A DNA stretch of 64,000 nucleotides from Bacilli bacterium. GTDB lineage: Bacteria > Bacillota_I > Bacilli_A > RF39 > UBA660. Shown in pieces: positions 34,658 to 43,300 of this stretch (positions within the stretch are counted from its first letter, which is position 1; the number at the start of each line of letters is the position of its first letter). The DNA is taken from the NCBI GenBank assembly GCA_017626405.1, contig JAGAIS010000006.1:7100-71099 (forward strand), in the 5' to 3' direction. The translations under genes were made by a program, and so were the position numbers. Under the pieces are notes generated by a model. The model ran no database searches. It saw only the letters and a program-made list of their open reading frames with translations, and had not been told where the DNA came from.

Positions 34658-35551
34658 ATGTTATTAATAGGTTCTCATGTATCATATAAAAATGAAACGC
34701 AATTACTTGGAAGTGTAAAAGAAGCACTATCATATAAATCAAATTGCTTTATGTTCTATACTGGAGCACCTCAGAATACGCAAAGAGGAAAAATTGATGA
34801 TGAATTAACTTATAGGGCATATGAATTAATGAAGGAGAATGGAATAGATTTGGAAAATATTATTTGCCATGCCCCTTATATTGTCAATTTAGCTAATGAT
34901 TTAGATAGTGAAAAATATGAATTTGCTATAAATTTTCTTACAAACGAATTAAGAAGATGTGACCAATTAGGAATTAAATATTTAGTTTTACATCCTGGAA
35001 GTCATATGAAAATAGAAAAGAATCATGCTATTTACAATATAGTTAAAGGCCTTAATATTGCTCTATCAACTTCAAGTAATACTGTTGTTTTACTTGAAAC
35101 TATGGCTGGTAAAGGTACTGAACTAGGTACAAATATATGTGAATTAAAAGAAATAATTAATAATATTGATGATAAGAATAGAATAGGGGTATGTCTTGAT
35201 ACTTGTCATTTGAATGATTCGGGAATTGATATTTCTTATTTTGATGAGTATTTAAATGAATTTGATAAAGAAATAGGAATAGATAAGATAAAGTGTGTTC
35301 ATGTTAATGATTCTAAAAACCCTCTTGGCAGTCACAAAGATAGACATGAAAATATTGGGTATGGAACAATTGGATTTGATTCTCTTATAGGTGTAATCTA
35401 TAATAAAAAACTTGAAAATGTCCCTAAAATACTAGAAACGCCTTATGTGAATCGCGAATATCCTCCATATAATCAAGAAATTGAAATGATTAGGAGCAAA
35501 ACATTTAATCCAAATCTATATCAAGATATATTAGATTATTATAGAAAGTAG
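34658..35551 (+). CDS. nfo: endonuclease IV
   Basis: Xylose-isomerase-like TIM barrel: IGSHVS, HAPYI.NLA, LVLHPGSH, LETMAGKG, G.C.DTCH..D.G and VH.NDSK...GS.KDRHE.IG.G.IG. Start moved to ATG 34658. Confidence 0.9.
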   Translation: MLLIGSHVSYKNETQLLGSVKEALSYKSNCFMFYTGAPQNTQRGKIDDELTYRAYELMKENGIDLENIICHAPYIVNLANDLDSEKYEFAINFLTNELRRCDQLGIKYLVLHPGSHMKIEKNHAIYNIVKGLNIALSTSSNTVVLLETMAGKGTELGTNICELKEIINNIDDKNRIGVCLDTCHLNDSGIDISYFDEYLNEFDKEIGIDKIKCVHVNDSKNPLGSHKDRHENIGYGTIGFDSLIGVIYNKKLENVPKILETPYVNREYPPYNQEIEMIRSKTFNPNLYQDILDYYRK

Positions 35552-35560
35552 CTGATAATA

Positions 35561-36727
35561 ATGAATAATATGGTATCAATTAAAGAAAAAGGAAAAACTA
35601 TCGACAATAATGTTGTTAATTTTTTAAATCCAAATTATCTATATATACCTATTAAAGAAGGGTATAATCTTTCAGTAAAAACTAATTCTATAATCAATAA
35701 AGAGGACATACTACTTCATAACAATGAGGATTATATTTATAGTCCAGTATCTGGGATAGTACTAGGAAAAACTAATTCTATGAAAGTAAGCAACAATTTA
35801 ACAAATTGTATTGTAATTGAAAATGATTTTAAAGAGCATGTTAAAGTTCGAAAATTTGCCAATAAATATATAAATGAAATCGATAAAGAGAAGATGATAG
35901 AACAAATAAAAAAATATAATGGATGTTTAAAAGATTTAAATATTGAGTTTAAACATATAGTTATAAATGGGATAGACCGAGATCCTTATGAGAAGACATA
36001 CTCTTTTATCATAAATAAATATAATTCAAAAATATTGGAGACTATTGATGCTTTGGCGACAATATTTAATCCTACATCAACAGTTTTAGCTGTAAATAAT
36101 AACGATTCGTTAAATGTAATTAATTTGAGTAATAATATTGGTACTTATCCTAATATCAAGCAAAAACTTGTCCCTGACATTTATCCGATAGGATTTAAAG
36201 ATGTTTTAATTAAGAATATATTTAATAAAAGAGAAATAAATGAAGGAGTTTTATATTTAAATGTCGAAGATATTTATAATATATATAATGTTTTAAAAAG
36301 AAATAAACCAATAACAGAAAAACTAATTACTATTGGCGGAAATGCTATTGAAAAACCCTTTGTATTAAATGTAAAAATTGGTACTTCAATTGCTGATATT
36401 ATCAAGAATTGTTGTAAAGTTATCGATGATAAGTATTTTTGCGTTATAAATGGTTTAATTGCTGGCCGAACTCTAGACTCTTTAAATGGAGTAGTTGATT
36501 TTGATACGAGAAGTATATTTTTAAATACTAAAGATAGCGAATCAGAAAAGAAATGTATTAATTGTGGACTATGTAATATGAAGTGTCCTGTCGGTTTAAA
36601 TCCTAAGCGAATAAGAGAACATAAGAATGCTGACAGATCTAAATGCATTCATTGTGGACTTTGTACCTATATATGTCCATCTAAGATAAATTTTAAAAAG
36701 TATTTAGAAAAACAGGATAGAAAGTAG
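35561..36727 (+). CDS. RnfC-like iron-sulfur protein (barrel-sandwich N-domain, 51K-like domain, two 4Fe-4S motifs)
   Basis: N-terminal hybrid-barrel pattern (....SPVSGIVLG), INGIDRDPY compared with the canonical NGAECEPY, and CINCGLCNMKCP plus CIHCGLCTYICP. Confidence 0.6.
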   Translation: MNNMVSIKEKGKTIDNNVVNFLNPNYLYIPIKEGYNLSVKTNSIINKEDILLHNNEDYIYSPVSGIVLGKTNSMKVSNNLTNCIVIENDFKEHVKVRKFANKYINEIDKEKMIEQIKKYNGCLKDLNIEFKHIVINGIDRDPYEKTYSFIINKYNSKILETIDALATIFNPTSTVLAVNNNDSLNVINLSNNIGTYPNIKQKLVPDIYPIGFKDVLIKNIFNKREINEGVLYLNVEDIYNIYNVLKRNKPITEKLITIGGNAIEKPFVLNVKIGTSIADIIKNCCKVIDDKYFCVINGLIAGRTLDSLNGVVDFDTRSIFLNTKDSESEKKCINCGLCNMKCPVGLNPKRIREHKNADRSKCIHCGLCTYICPSKINFKKYLEKQDRK

Positions 36728-36734
36728 TGATAAT

Positions 36735-37643
36735 ATGAATAATAATATCTATGTTCGCAGTAGTAAATCAATATTTTCTATTTCATTAACTAGAATGTTA
36801 TTTATAGTTCCAATGATTTTATATGGCTTTTATAAAAATGGCATATACTTATACCAAAATAATTATATTAGTCTATTTAATATGTTTAGACCTCTTATAA
36901 TAATATTTGGAAGTGCTGTAATTGGGGCTTTAATAAACATTATTTATGAAATTTTTATAAAAAAGAACAAAGATAAATTAATAAATATACTTTTTTCTTC
37001 TTTTACGATAGAATATGCTGTCTTAATTGCTTGTGTAATGAGCATAAATGTAAATTTACTTATATACTTTAGCATTCTTTTTATCCTATTATTTATATCT
37101 AAATTTTTAAATAATAGAATAAATATAATGGCAATAATATTCTTAGTAATATATGCTATAAGTTATTTTACAGGAGGTTTTTCTTTTGCAAATAATTATG
37201 AAAATAGCAAGGTGTTTTCATATACATTGATGGATTATTTTATAGGTCGTGATTCAGGTGGTATTGCATCGACTCATATAATTTTTTTAAGCCTTGCAAT
37301 ATTCGGATTATTTATCACGAATAATAATAAGACTGATATTACTCTGTCAAGTATAGTTACATTCGTTATTCTAATGACATTAGTTAGTGTATTTAATCAT
37401 GTTGATGTTATAAAGGTTATATTTAACAATAATATTCCATTTATATTTTCCCTTATAGCAACTGATTCTGTAACTAGTTGTTATACGGGAAAAGGAATGA
37501 TTACATTTGGTATATTAATTGGTGTAATAACAGCATTAATTAGTATTGTTAATCCGATAATCGCTCCATATATTGCAATAGCTATAGCATCCTTATTTAA
37601 TGTTTTAATAGATAAATATGTAAATATATTGATTAAAAAGTGA
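36735..37643 (+). CDS. RnfD/NqrB-family integral membrane protein (divergent)
   Basis: Polytopic. FIGRDSGGIASTHIIFLSLAIFGLF and SLIATDSVTSCYTGKGMITFG match the family patterns G..GS.GE.S and FMATD.VTSP...G. Confidence 0.55.
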   Translation: MNNNIYVRSSKSIFSISLTRMLFIVPMILYGFYKNGIYLYQNNYISLFNMFRPLIIIFGSAVIGALINIIYEIFIKKNKDKLINILFSSFTIEYAVLIACVMSINVNLLIYFSILFILLFISKFLNNRINIMAIIFLVIYAISYFTGGFSFANNYENSKVFSYTLMDYFIGRDSGGIASTHIIFLSLAIFGLFITNNNKTDITLSSIVTFVILMTLVSVFNHVDVIKVIFNNNIPFIFSLIATDSVTSCYTGKGMITFGILIGVITALISIVNPIIAPYIAIAIASLFNVLIDKYVNILIKK

Positions 37644-37681
37644 AAATTTTATATAATTAGAATATAGAAAAGAGGTATTAT

Positions 37682-38074
37682 ATGGGTAAATTTTGTACTA
37701 ATTGTGGATCTGAATTAGTAAGTGGTCAAGATAAGTGCCAATATTGTGGTAAAGCAACAAATGAGGCTGCAACTAATCAAAATGCACAAGTATCACAAGA
37801 ACAAACTGTTCAAAACAACACTCAGACAGTTAATAATCAAACTCAACCAAAGAGCAAGATTGCTGCCGGATTACTAGGAATTTTCTTAGGTTATTTTGGG
37901 GTTCATAATTTTTATTTAGGATATACAGGTAAGGCTGTTGGACAATTACTAATTACATTACTTTCATGCTTTGTTCTATCATTCATATCTGGTATATGGG
38001 GACTAATTGAAGGCATTCTAATTTTAACTGGAAGCATATCTACTGATGCTGATGGAAATAAATTAGTAGATTAG
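37682..38074 (+). CDS. zinc-ribbon plus TM2-domain membrane protein
   Basis: CTNCG....(12)..CQYCG, a Q/N/T linker, and TM2 motif AAGLLGIFLGYFGVHNFYLGY..KAV.QLL. Confidence 0.75.
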   Translation: MGKFCTNCGSELVSGQDKCQYCGKATNEAATNQNAQVSQEQTVQNNTQTVNNQTQPKSKIAAGLLGIFLGYFGVHNFYLGYTGKAVGQLLITLLSCFVLSFISGIWGLIEGILILTGSISTDADGNKLVD

Positions 38075-38100
38075 TTAGACATTTACTTAACAAATATAAT

Positions 38101-38128
38101 AAAAACAATTCTTAGGAATTGTTTTTTT
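38101..38128 (+). terminator. rho-independent terminator
   Basis: Stem aaaaacaattc/gaattgttttt, loop ttag, then a T-run. Confidence 0.6.
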
Positions 38129-38155
38129 ATGTTAAAATTAAAATAGGTGGGACAT

Positions 38156-39322
38156 ATGAAATTGAGAAGGCTATTCCGCAACTTAGATAAGAGATTATTG
38201 ATTATTTCAGTATTATTTATTGTTTTTGGCTTGATAATGATATTCTCAGCATCGAGTATTTCAGCAACTCTTCAATATGGAGCAACTGAGTATTATTTTT
38301 TTCGCAAACAATTAATAATAATTATTATAGGTGGAATTGCAAGTTTTATTTGTCTCTTTATTCCAATTAAGAGATATAAATTCTTAAGTTTACTTGGGAT
38401 AATGGGTATTATATGTGTATTAGCATTATTAAAAACATACGGTACAGTTACTAATTCAGCAAGGAGCTGGTTCTCCTTATTTGGTGGATTCTCAATTCAA
38501 CCCTCAGAATTTGCAAAATTATTTATTATTCTTTTTTTAGCATGTTCGTATGGGTCAAAGAAGAAAATTAAAAATGTTCAAGATTTTTTTATTCCATTGA
38601 TACCTTGTGCTATAATCGCAGTGTTAGTTGCCTGTGAACCAGATTTGGGTACTGCACTTATTATAACTTGTATTACGGCATTAATATTCTTTGCATTGCC
38701 AATTGAAAAAAATAAAACTATGCAATTAGTTAAAGCATTAGCAATAATAGCAATATGTTTAGGTGTAATCTTTTTAAATAACATTCCTTCATTTCTCACA
38801 GATACTCAAGCAAGTAGATTTAATTATCATAATCCATGCAGTAGATACTTAGAAGAAACTGGATATCAAGTCTGCAATGGATATATTGCTATCAATAATG
38901 GTGGATTAACAGGAGTTGGGCTCGGTAAATCGACTCAGAAGTATTTATATTTGCCGGAAGCTCATACCGATTTCATATTTCCAATTATCGTAGAAGAATT
39001 GGGGCTTATTGGTGGAATTATAGTATTATTAGCTTATATCATATTGCTCTATAGCCTGCTTGTCATAGCTTGTAATTCACATAATTTAACTGGATCAATT
39101 ATTGCATTTGGAACATTTAGTTATATTTTAATGCATATTATTGTTAATATAGGAGGGCTTCTTGCTTTAATTCCTCTAACTGGAGTTCCGCTACCATTCT
39201 TATCTTATGGTGGTAGTTATATGTTAAATTTAATGATTCTACTTGGATTATGCCAAAGAGTAGCGATAGAAACAAATGAGCACAAATATAGATTAGAAGT
39301 AAAGAAAACATTGGAAGGATAG
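38156..39322 (+). CDS. SEDS-family peptidoglycan polymerase (FtsW/RodA/SpoVE)
   Basis: About 10 TM helices. QPSEFAK, EPDLGTA, G.GLG.S.QK..YLPE.HTDFIF and P.TG.PLPF.SYGGS. Start moved to ATG 38156 (AGGTGGG SD). Confidence 0.85.
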   Translation: MKLRRLFRNLDKRLLIISVLFIVFGLIMIFSASSISATLQYGATEYYFFRKQLIIIIIGGIASFICLFIPIKRYKFLSLLGIMGIICVLALLKTYGTVTNSARSWFSLFGGFSIQPSEFAKLFIILFLACSYGSKKKIKNVQDFFIPLIPCAIIAVLVACEPDLGTALIITCITALIFFALPIEKNKTMQLVKALAIIAICLGVIFLNNIPSFLTDTQASRFNYHNPCSRYLEETGYQVCNGYIAINNGGLTGVGLGKSTQKYLYLPEAHTDFIFPIIVEELGLIGGIIVLLAYIILLYSLLVIACNSHNLTGSIIAFGTFSYILMHIIVNIGGLLALIPLTGVPLPFLSYGGSYMLNLMILLGLCQRVAIETNEHKYRLEVKKTLEG

Positions 39323-39329
39323 ATAGTAT

Positions 39330-40682
39330 ATGAGTCCAACAGAAGAAATAAATAATAGATTTAAAGTTAAAATAGATGAATCCGGGTTAATAATTAATAT
39401 TGGTGAATTTCATAAAAACCTCGATGCAACAGTAATGGATGATGATATTGAAACATATCTCATTACATTAAATAATAGAATTAAGAATTCGAATTTCCCG
39501 AATAGAGAAGAATTATCACATATCATCGAATCGAAATTACTGGAGTATCAAGCAGCAAAACAAGATAAAATGGATAATAGAGAATCTCTTAGAATGATGA
39601 TTGAAGCTAATGAAGATTTAAAGAAACTTGGAATAATTACAACAAAGGCTATAGATAACGATTCGAATAAAGATATCGACTATCTAACATTTACAAATGA
39701 ATCAGGAGTAACAGAAGTATTAGTATGTGCTTCATCTAATACTCTAAATGATTATATTAAGAGCAATTATGATAAAATATCTTCAATGACTGCAAAAGAA
39801 GTATTTCATCATTTTAAAGAATACATTCATGTCGATTTAAGATTTGTGGATCCGACTAAAGAAGAAGATTATAAATTATTAAATCATGGTGACGAAAAAT
39901 TTCAAGATGATGAAATCTTATCCTCGGAATATGAAGAAGTAAAGAAATACTCTGATAAATATAGCATTGGATGTAAACCGGAAGTTACTATTGATCCTAA
40001 TGGGGAAAGAATATATCGTTTGAAAGATGGTTTATTCAAATTTCGAACAACTGAAAACAAAAGAGAAATGGTTATCCTTAAAACTCCATCAATTAATTTA
40101 GATGACACTAACGATTTGCTTGCCGAACTAGATGTCGATGCACAAGAGTATGAAGTTGTAGATATTACTCCTATAAATACAGATAAATTAGCACTTCCAG
40201 TTAATTATGATGAAGTACCTATTACTAGTATCAATGAAGAAAATATTAATAGAGTTATGGAATTGATTCAAAAAAGTGATGTCTATGGAGCAGAACTCAC
40301 TAGCAATGAATTAATAGAGATAGACAGAATGATTAAGACTCTAATAGAATCGATGGTTGAACGTGTTAAAGGAAATACTAATTCAGAACTAGACATGCTA
40401 TTGAGTGATTATATTAATAAATTGATTGAAAAGGAAGAAAATGAAGAATTAGATGAAAATTCTGAAAATACTTTGACAGATTTAGAAAGAGAATTCATAG
40501 AAAAATATAATTCAAAAATGGATTATATAAAAGAGAATAATTTAGATATGCGCAAGAATAAAAAACTAGAATTAGAGCTTCCTAATAAAGGATCAGAAAG
40601 TGGAATTGCAACTATTGTAATGCTACTAGAAATTATGCTTCTTGCATTATTTGTATTGTTATTTTCACATATTGATATATAA
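39330..40682 (+). CDS. hypothetical acidic protein with a C-terminal TM anchor
   Basis: 450-aa ORF, 7 nt after the SEDS gene stop. Tail SGIATIVMLLEIMLLALFVLLFSHI. I recognise no domain. Confidence 0.5.
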   Translation: MSPTEEINNRFKVKIDESGLIINIGEFHKNLDATVMDDDIETYLITLNNRIKNSNFPNREELSHIIESKLLEYQAAKQDKMDNRESLRMMIEANEDLKKLGIITTKAIDNDSNKDIDYLTFTNESGVTEVLVCASSNTLNDYIKSNYDKISSMTAKEVFHHFKEYIHVDLRFVDPTKEEDYKLLNHGDEKFQDDEILSSEYEEVKKYSDKYSIGCKPEVTIDPNGERIYRLKDGLFKFRTTENKREMVILKTPSINLDDTNDLLAELDVDAQEYEVVDITPINTDKLALPVNYDEVPITSINEENINRVMELIQKSDVYGAELTSNELIEIDRMIKTLIESMVERVKGNTNSELDMLLSDYINKLIEKEENEELDENSENTLTDLEREFIEKYNSKMDYIKENNLDMRKNKKLELELPNKGSESGIATIVMLLEIMLLALFVLLFSHIDI

Positions 40683-40700
40683 TAATTAATAAAGTATAAT
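40672..40700 (+). promoter_or_regulatory. sigma-A-like promoter of frr (TTGATA-17-TATAAT)
   Basis: TTGATA at 40672-40677, inside the last codons of the upstream gene; TATAAT at 40695-40700. Confidence 0.5.
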
Positions 40701-40719
40701 AAGATTAGAGGAGATAATT

Positions 40720-41262
40720 ATGAATTATTTAGAAAATACAGAAATGGAAATGATGAGTGCTATTAGTTCACTCGAACAAAGATTAATTACAGTCAGAGCA
40801 GGTAGAGCAAATGCCTCAATGTTAAATGGCATTATGGTTGAGTACTATGGAACTCCAACTCCTATTAATTCATTAGCTAATATAACAGTTCCAGAAGCAA
40901 GGCAACTATTTATCAAACCATTTGATAGAGGAGTATTAAAAGATATTGAAAGAGCTATAAATGAGGCAAATATTGGTATTACTCCTACTAATAATGGAGA
41001 AATAGTTATTTTGACAGTTCCTCAACTAACAGAAGAAACGAGAAGAACTTATGTTAAGCAAGTACATGAAATGGGAGAAAATGCAAAAGTAGCATTGAGA
41101 AATGCTAGACAAGATGCCAATAATAAAATTAAAAAAGATGAAGCATTAACTGAGGATCAAAAAGAATCAATGCAAGAAGATGTTCAAGAACTAATAAATA
41201 AATATAATAAAATAGTTGATGGAAAAATTAAAGAAAAAGAGACCGAATTAATGAGTGTATAA
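40720..41262 (+). CDS. frr: ribosome recycling factor
   Basis: R.GRA...ML..I.V.YYG..TP....A.I.VPE.R...I.P.D and ...RN.R.D.N..IKK; AGAGGAG SD. Confidence 0.95.
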   Translation: MNYLENTEMEMMSAISSLEQRLITVRAGRANASMLNGIMVEYYGTPTPINSLANITVPEARQLFIKPFDRGVLKDIERAINEANIGITPTNNGEIVILTVPQLTEETRRTYVKQVHEMGENAKVALRNARQDANNKIKKDEALTEDQKESMQEDVQELINKYNKIVDGKIKEKETELMSV

Positions 41263-41279
41263 AATACACTCATTTTTTG
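41253..41279 (+). terminator. rho-independent terminator after frr
   Basis: Stem gagtgtat/atacactc spanning the stop codon, then T6. Confidence 0.6.
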
Positions 41280-41295
41280 TTGAAAAGTATTATTA

Positions 41296-41330
41296 AAAAA
41301 GCAAAAAAATTCCACATAATTTGTGGAATT
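41296..41330 (-). terminator. rho-independent terminator of the small minus-strand gene
   Basis: Stem aattccaca/tgtggaatt, followed on the minus strand by a T-run. Confidence 0.5.
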
Positions 41331-41345
41331 AAATAAATAATACAA

Positions 41346-41525
41346 TTAGTTACTACTGATAATAGAAAATAGATAATAGATAAGAGGTCCAGCAAATGAT
41401 GCTAACATAGCTATAAACATAAACCAAATAAATATTCTCTTTCCAATAGACAAATCACTTTTTTTACTCTTTTTCTTTTTTGGCTCCTTAATTCTTATGT
41501 TGCCAACTAATTCTTTATTATCCAT
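41346..41525 (-). CDS. small basic tail-anchored membrane protein (59 aa), unannotated
   Basis: One codon below the ORF-track cutoff. AGGTGA SD 4 nt upstream. Sequence MDNKELVGNIRIKEPKKKKSKKSDLSIGKRIFIWFMFIAMLASFAGPLIYYLFSIISSN. Has its own terminator. Confidence 0.5.
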   Translation of the reverse strand: MDNKELVGNIRIKEPKKKKSKKSDLSIGKRIFIWFMFIAMLASFAGPLIYYLFSIISSN

Positions 41526-41601
41526 AAAATCACCTAAGAATAATTATAATATATTTAGAATAAATTTTAAAGTATAAAATATAATGTGTTAGGAGGAAAT
41601 T

Positions 41602-42147
41602 ATGAAAAAATATAAAAGATTCTTAATTATGGTTTTAGTAATAATATTAATAAGTGTTATAACAGGTTTTGTTTATGGCATTAATAACAATTATGATTTA
41701 ACAGGATATTTAGAAAATTTAAGTACAAATAATTCCCTTTTTACTTATCATTTAATATTTATCGGACTCTGTTTAATAATGACCATTAGTCTAGTAGGGA
41801 TAGTGGGAATAAGCGTTGTTATTGGATTTGAATCGATAAGTATTGGATATATATTAAGTATTTTTTATCATAACTATAAAATAAATGGTTTATTATATGG
41901 ATTAATAAATGTCGGAATAAATAAACTATTATATCTAATAATTCTAATATATTTATTCATAGTTTCTTGTATATATTTAAAAAAGTCTATAGATAATATT
42001 AGTGGTGCCCATAAAGATTACTATGCTGCAATTGTCTTACCATTATTAAAAAAATACATTATTATTACTATTATATTAATGCTTTATGATATTCTCATAT
42101 ATTTATTCGGCAACATAATTTTAAATAATTTAACAAATATGCTATAA
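41602..42147 (+). CDS. SpoIIM-like polytopic membrane protein
   Basis: 181 aa with about 5 TM helices. The size and hydrophobic pattern are reminiscent of stage II sporulation protein M. AGGAGG SD. The assignment is weak. Confidence 0.35.
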   Translation: MKKYKRFLIMVLVIILISVITGFVYGINNNYDLTGYLENLSTNNSLFTYHLIFIGLCLIMTISLVGIVGISVVIGFESISIGYILSIFYHNYKINGLLYGLINVGINKLLYLIILIYLFIVSCIYLKKSIDNISGAHKDYYAAIVLPLLKKYIIITIILMLYDILIYLFGNIILNNLTNML

Positions 42148-42165
42148 TTCTTCTAGGTGATAAGC

Positions 42166-43209
42166 ATGAAAAAAGTAGTAATTGGTTTGTCTGGTGGAGT
42201 GGATTCGAGTGTAGCAGCCTATCTTTTAAAGAAACAGGGTTATGAAGTAATTGGAATTTCTTTTAAATTTATTTCAGAATTTGATGATAGTGATGCTAGA
42301 AGAGTAGCAGATAAGTTAGGTATTGAATTTCACACTGTTGATTATCGAGAGGATTTTAAAAGCATAGTAATAGATAATTTTATCAAAGATTATGAAGAGG
42401 GATTAACACCTAATCCTTGTAGTATTTGTAATAAGAATGCAAAGATGAAGTTTTTATATGATGAGATGATTAAATACAATGCTGATTTTATAGCAACGGG
42501 ACATTATGCTAAAAATGATGGTGGTAAGCTTTATCGTTCAGCTGATCTATTTAAAGATCAAACATATTTTTTGGCATCGGTACCATCAAAAATATTGAGT
42601 GTCACTCTATTTCCCTTAGAGGGATTAGAAAAAGAAGATGTCAGAAATATCGCTTGTGAAATTGGTCTAGACGTCTACAATAAAAAGGATTCAACAGACG
42701 TTTGCTTTATAAGTACTAATTTCAAAGAATATATGATGAAACACGCTAAAATGATTAAAGGAGATATTATTGATATCGATACAAAAAAAATACTAGGTCA
42801 ACATAATGGTTTATCTTTATATACAATAGGCCAGAGAAAAGGTCTCAATATAGGTGGAATGGATAATAGAATGTTTGTTGTAGGAAAAAATACAAAAGAA
42901 AATGTTCTGTATGTTGCAAAAAAAGATACAAACGATTATCTAATCAGTGATGAATGCATTATTGATAGCGTAAATCTTATATCTATACATCATCCAACAT
43001 TTTGTACAGCAAAGTTTAGGTATCATTCAAAAGAAATTCCTGTCATATTAGAGTACTTAAGTAATAATCAAATAAGAGTAAAATATAATAGTAAAGCATC
43101 ATCTGTTACTCCAGGACAAACTTGTGTTTTATATCTTGGAAATGAATGTATTGGAAGCGGAATTATTAGAAAAATTTATAAAAATAATGAAGAACTATGG
43201 TATTTATAG
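42166..43209 (+). CDS. mnmA: tRNA 2-thiouridine(34) synthase
   Basis: PP-loop GLSGGVDSSVAA, NPC..CN, ATGHYA and KDQ.YFL. Start moved to ATG 42166 (AGGTGA SD). Confidence 0.9.
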   Translation: MKKVVIGLSGGVDSSVAAYLLKKQGYEVIGISFKFISEFDDSDARRVADKLGIEFHTVDYREDFKSIVIDNFIKDYEEGLTPNPCSICNKNAKMKFLYDEMIKYNADFIATGHYAKNDGGKLYRSADLFKDQTYFLASVPSKILSVTLFPLEGLEKEDVRNIACEIGLDVYNKKDSTDVCFISTNFKEYMMKHAKMIKGDIIDIDTKKILGQHNGLSLYTIGQRKGLNIGGMDNRMFVVGKNTKENVLYVAKKDTNDYLISDECIIDSVNLISIHHPTFCTAKFRYHSKEIPVILEYLSNNQIRVKYNSKASSVTPGQTCVLYLGNECIGSGIIRKIYKNNEELWYL

Positions 43210-43220
43210 TTCTTTTTTGT
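43190..43220 (+). terminator. rho-independent terminator after mnmA
   Basis: Stem aagaactat/atagttctt overlapping the stop codon, then a T-run. Confidence 0.55.
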
Positions 43221-43300
43221 CATTTTTTTCAAAAAAATGAATTTTTTTCAAGTAAAATCAAGTAGTTGAGTTAATAAATATATAATAGAGGGTGATTTTT

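Noticed and set aside
43222-43242. Palindrome tcattttttt-c-aaaaaaatga downstream of the mnmA terminator.
   Set aside because: It consists entirely of A/T pairs with a 1-nt loop, so it is unlikely to be a stable or functional structure. The adjacent GC-containing hairpin already accounts for termination.
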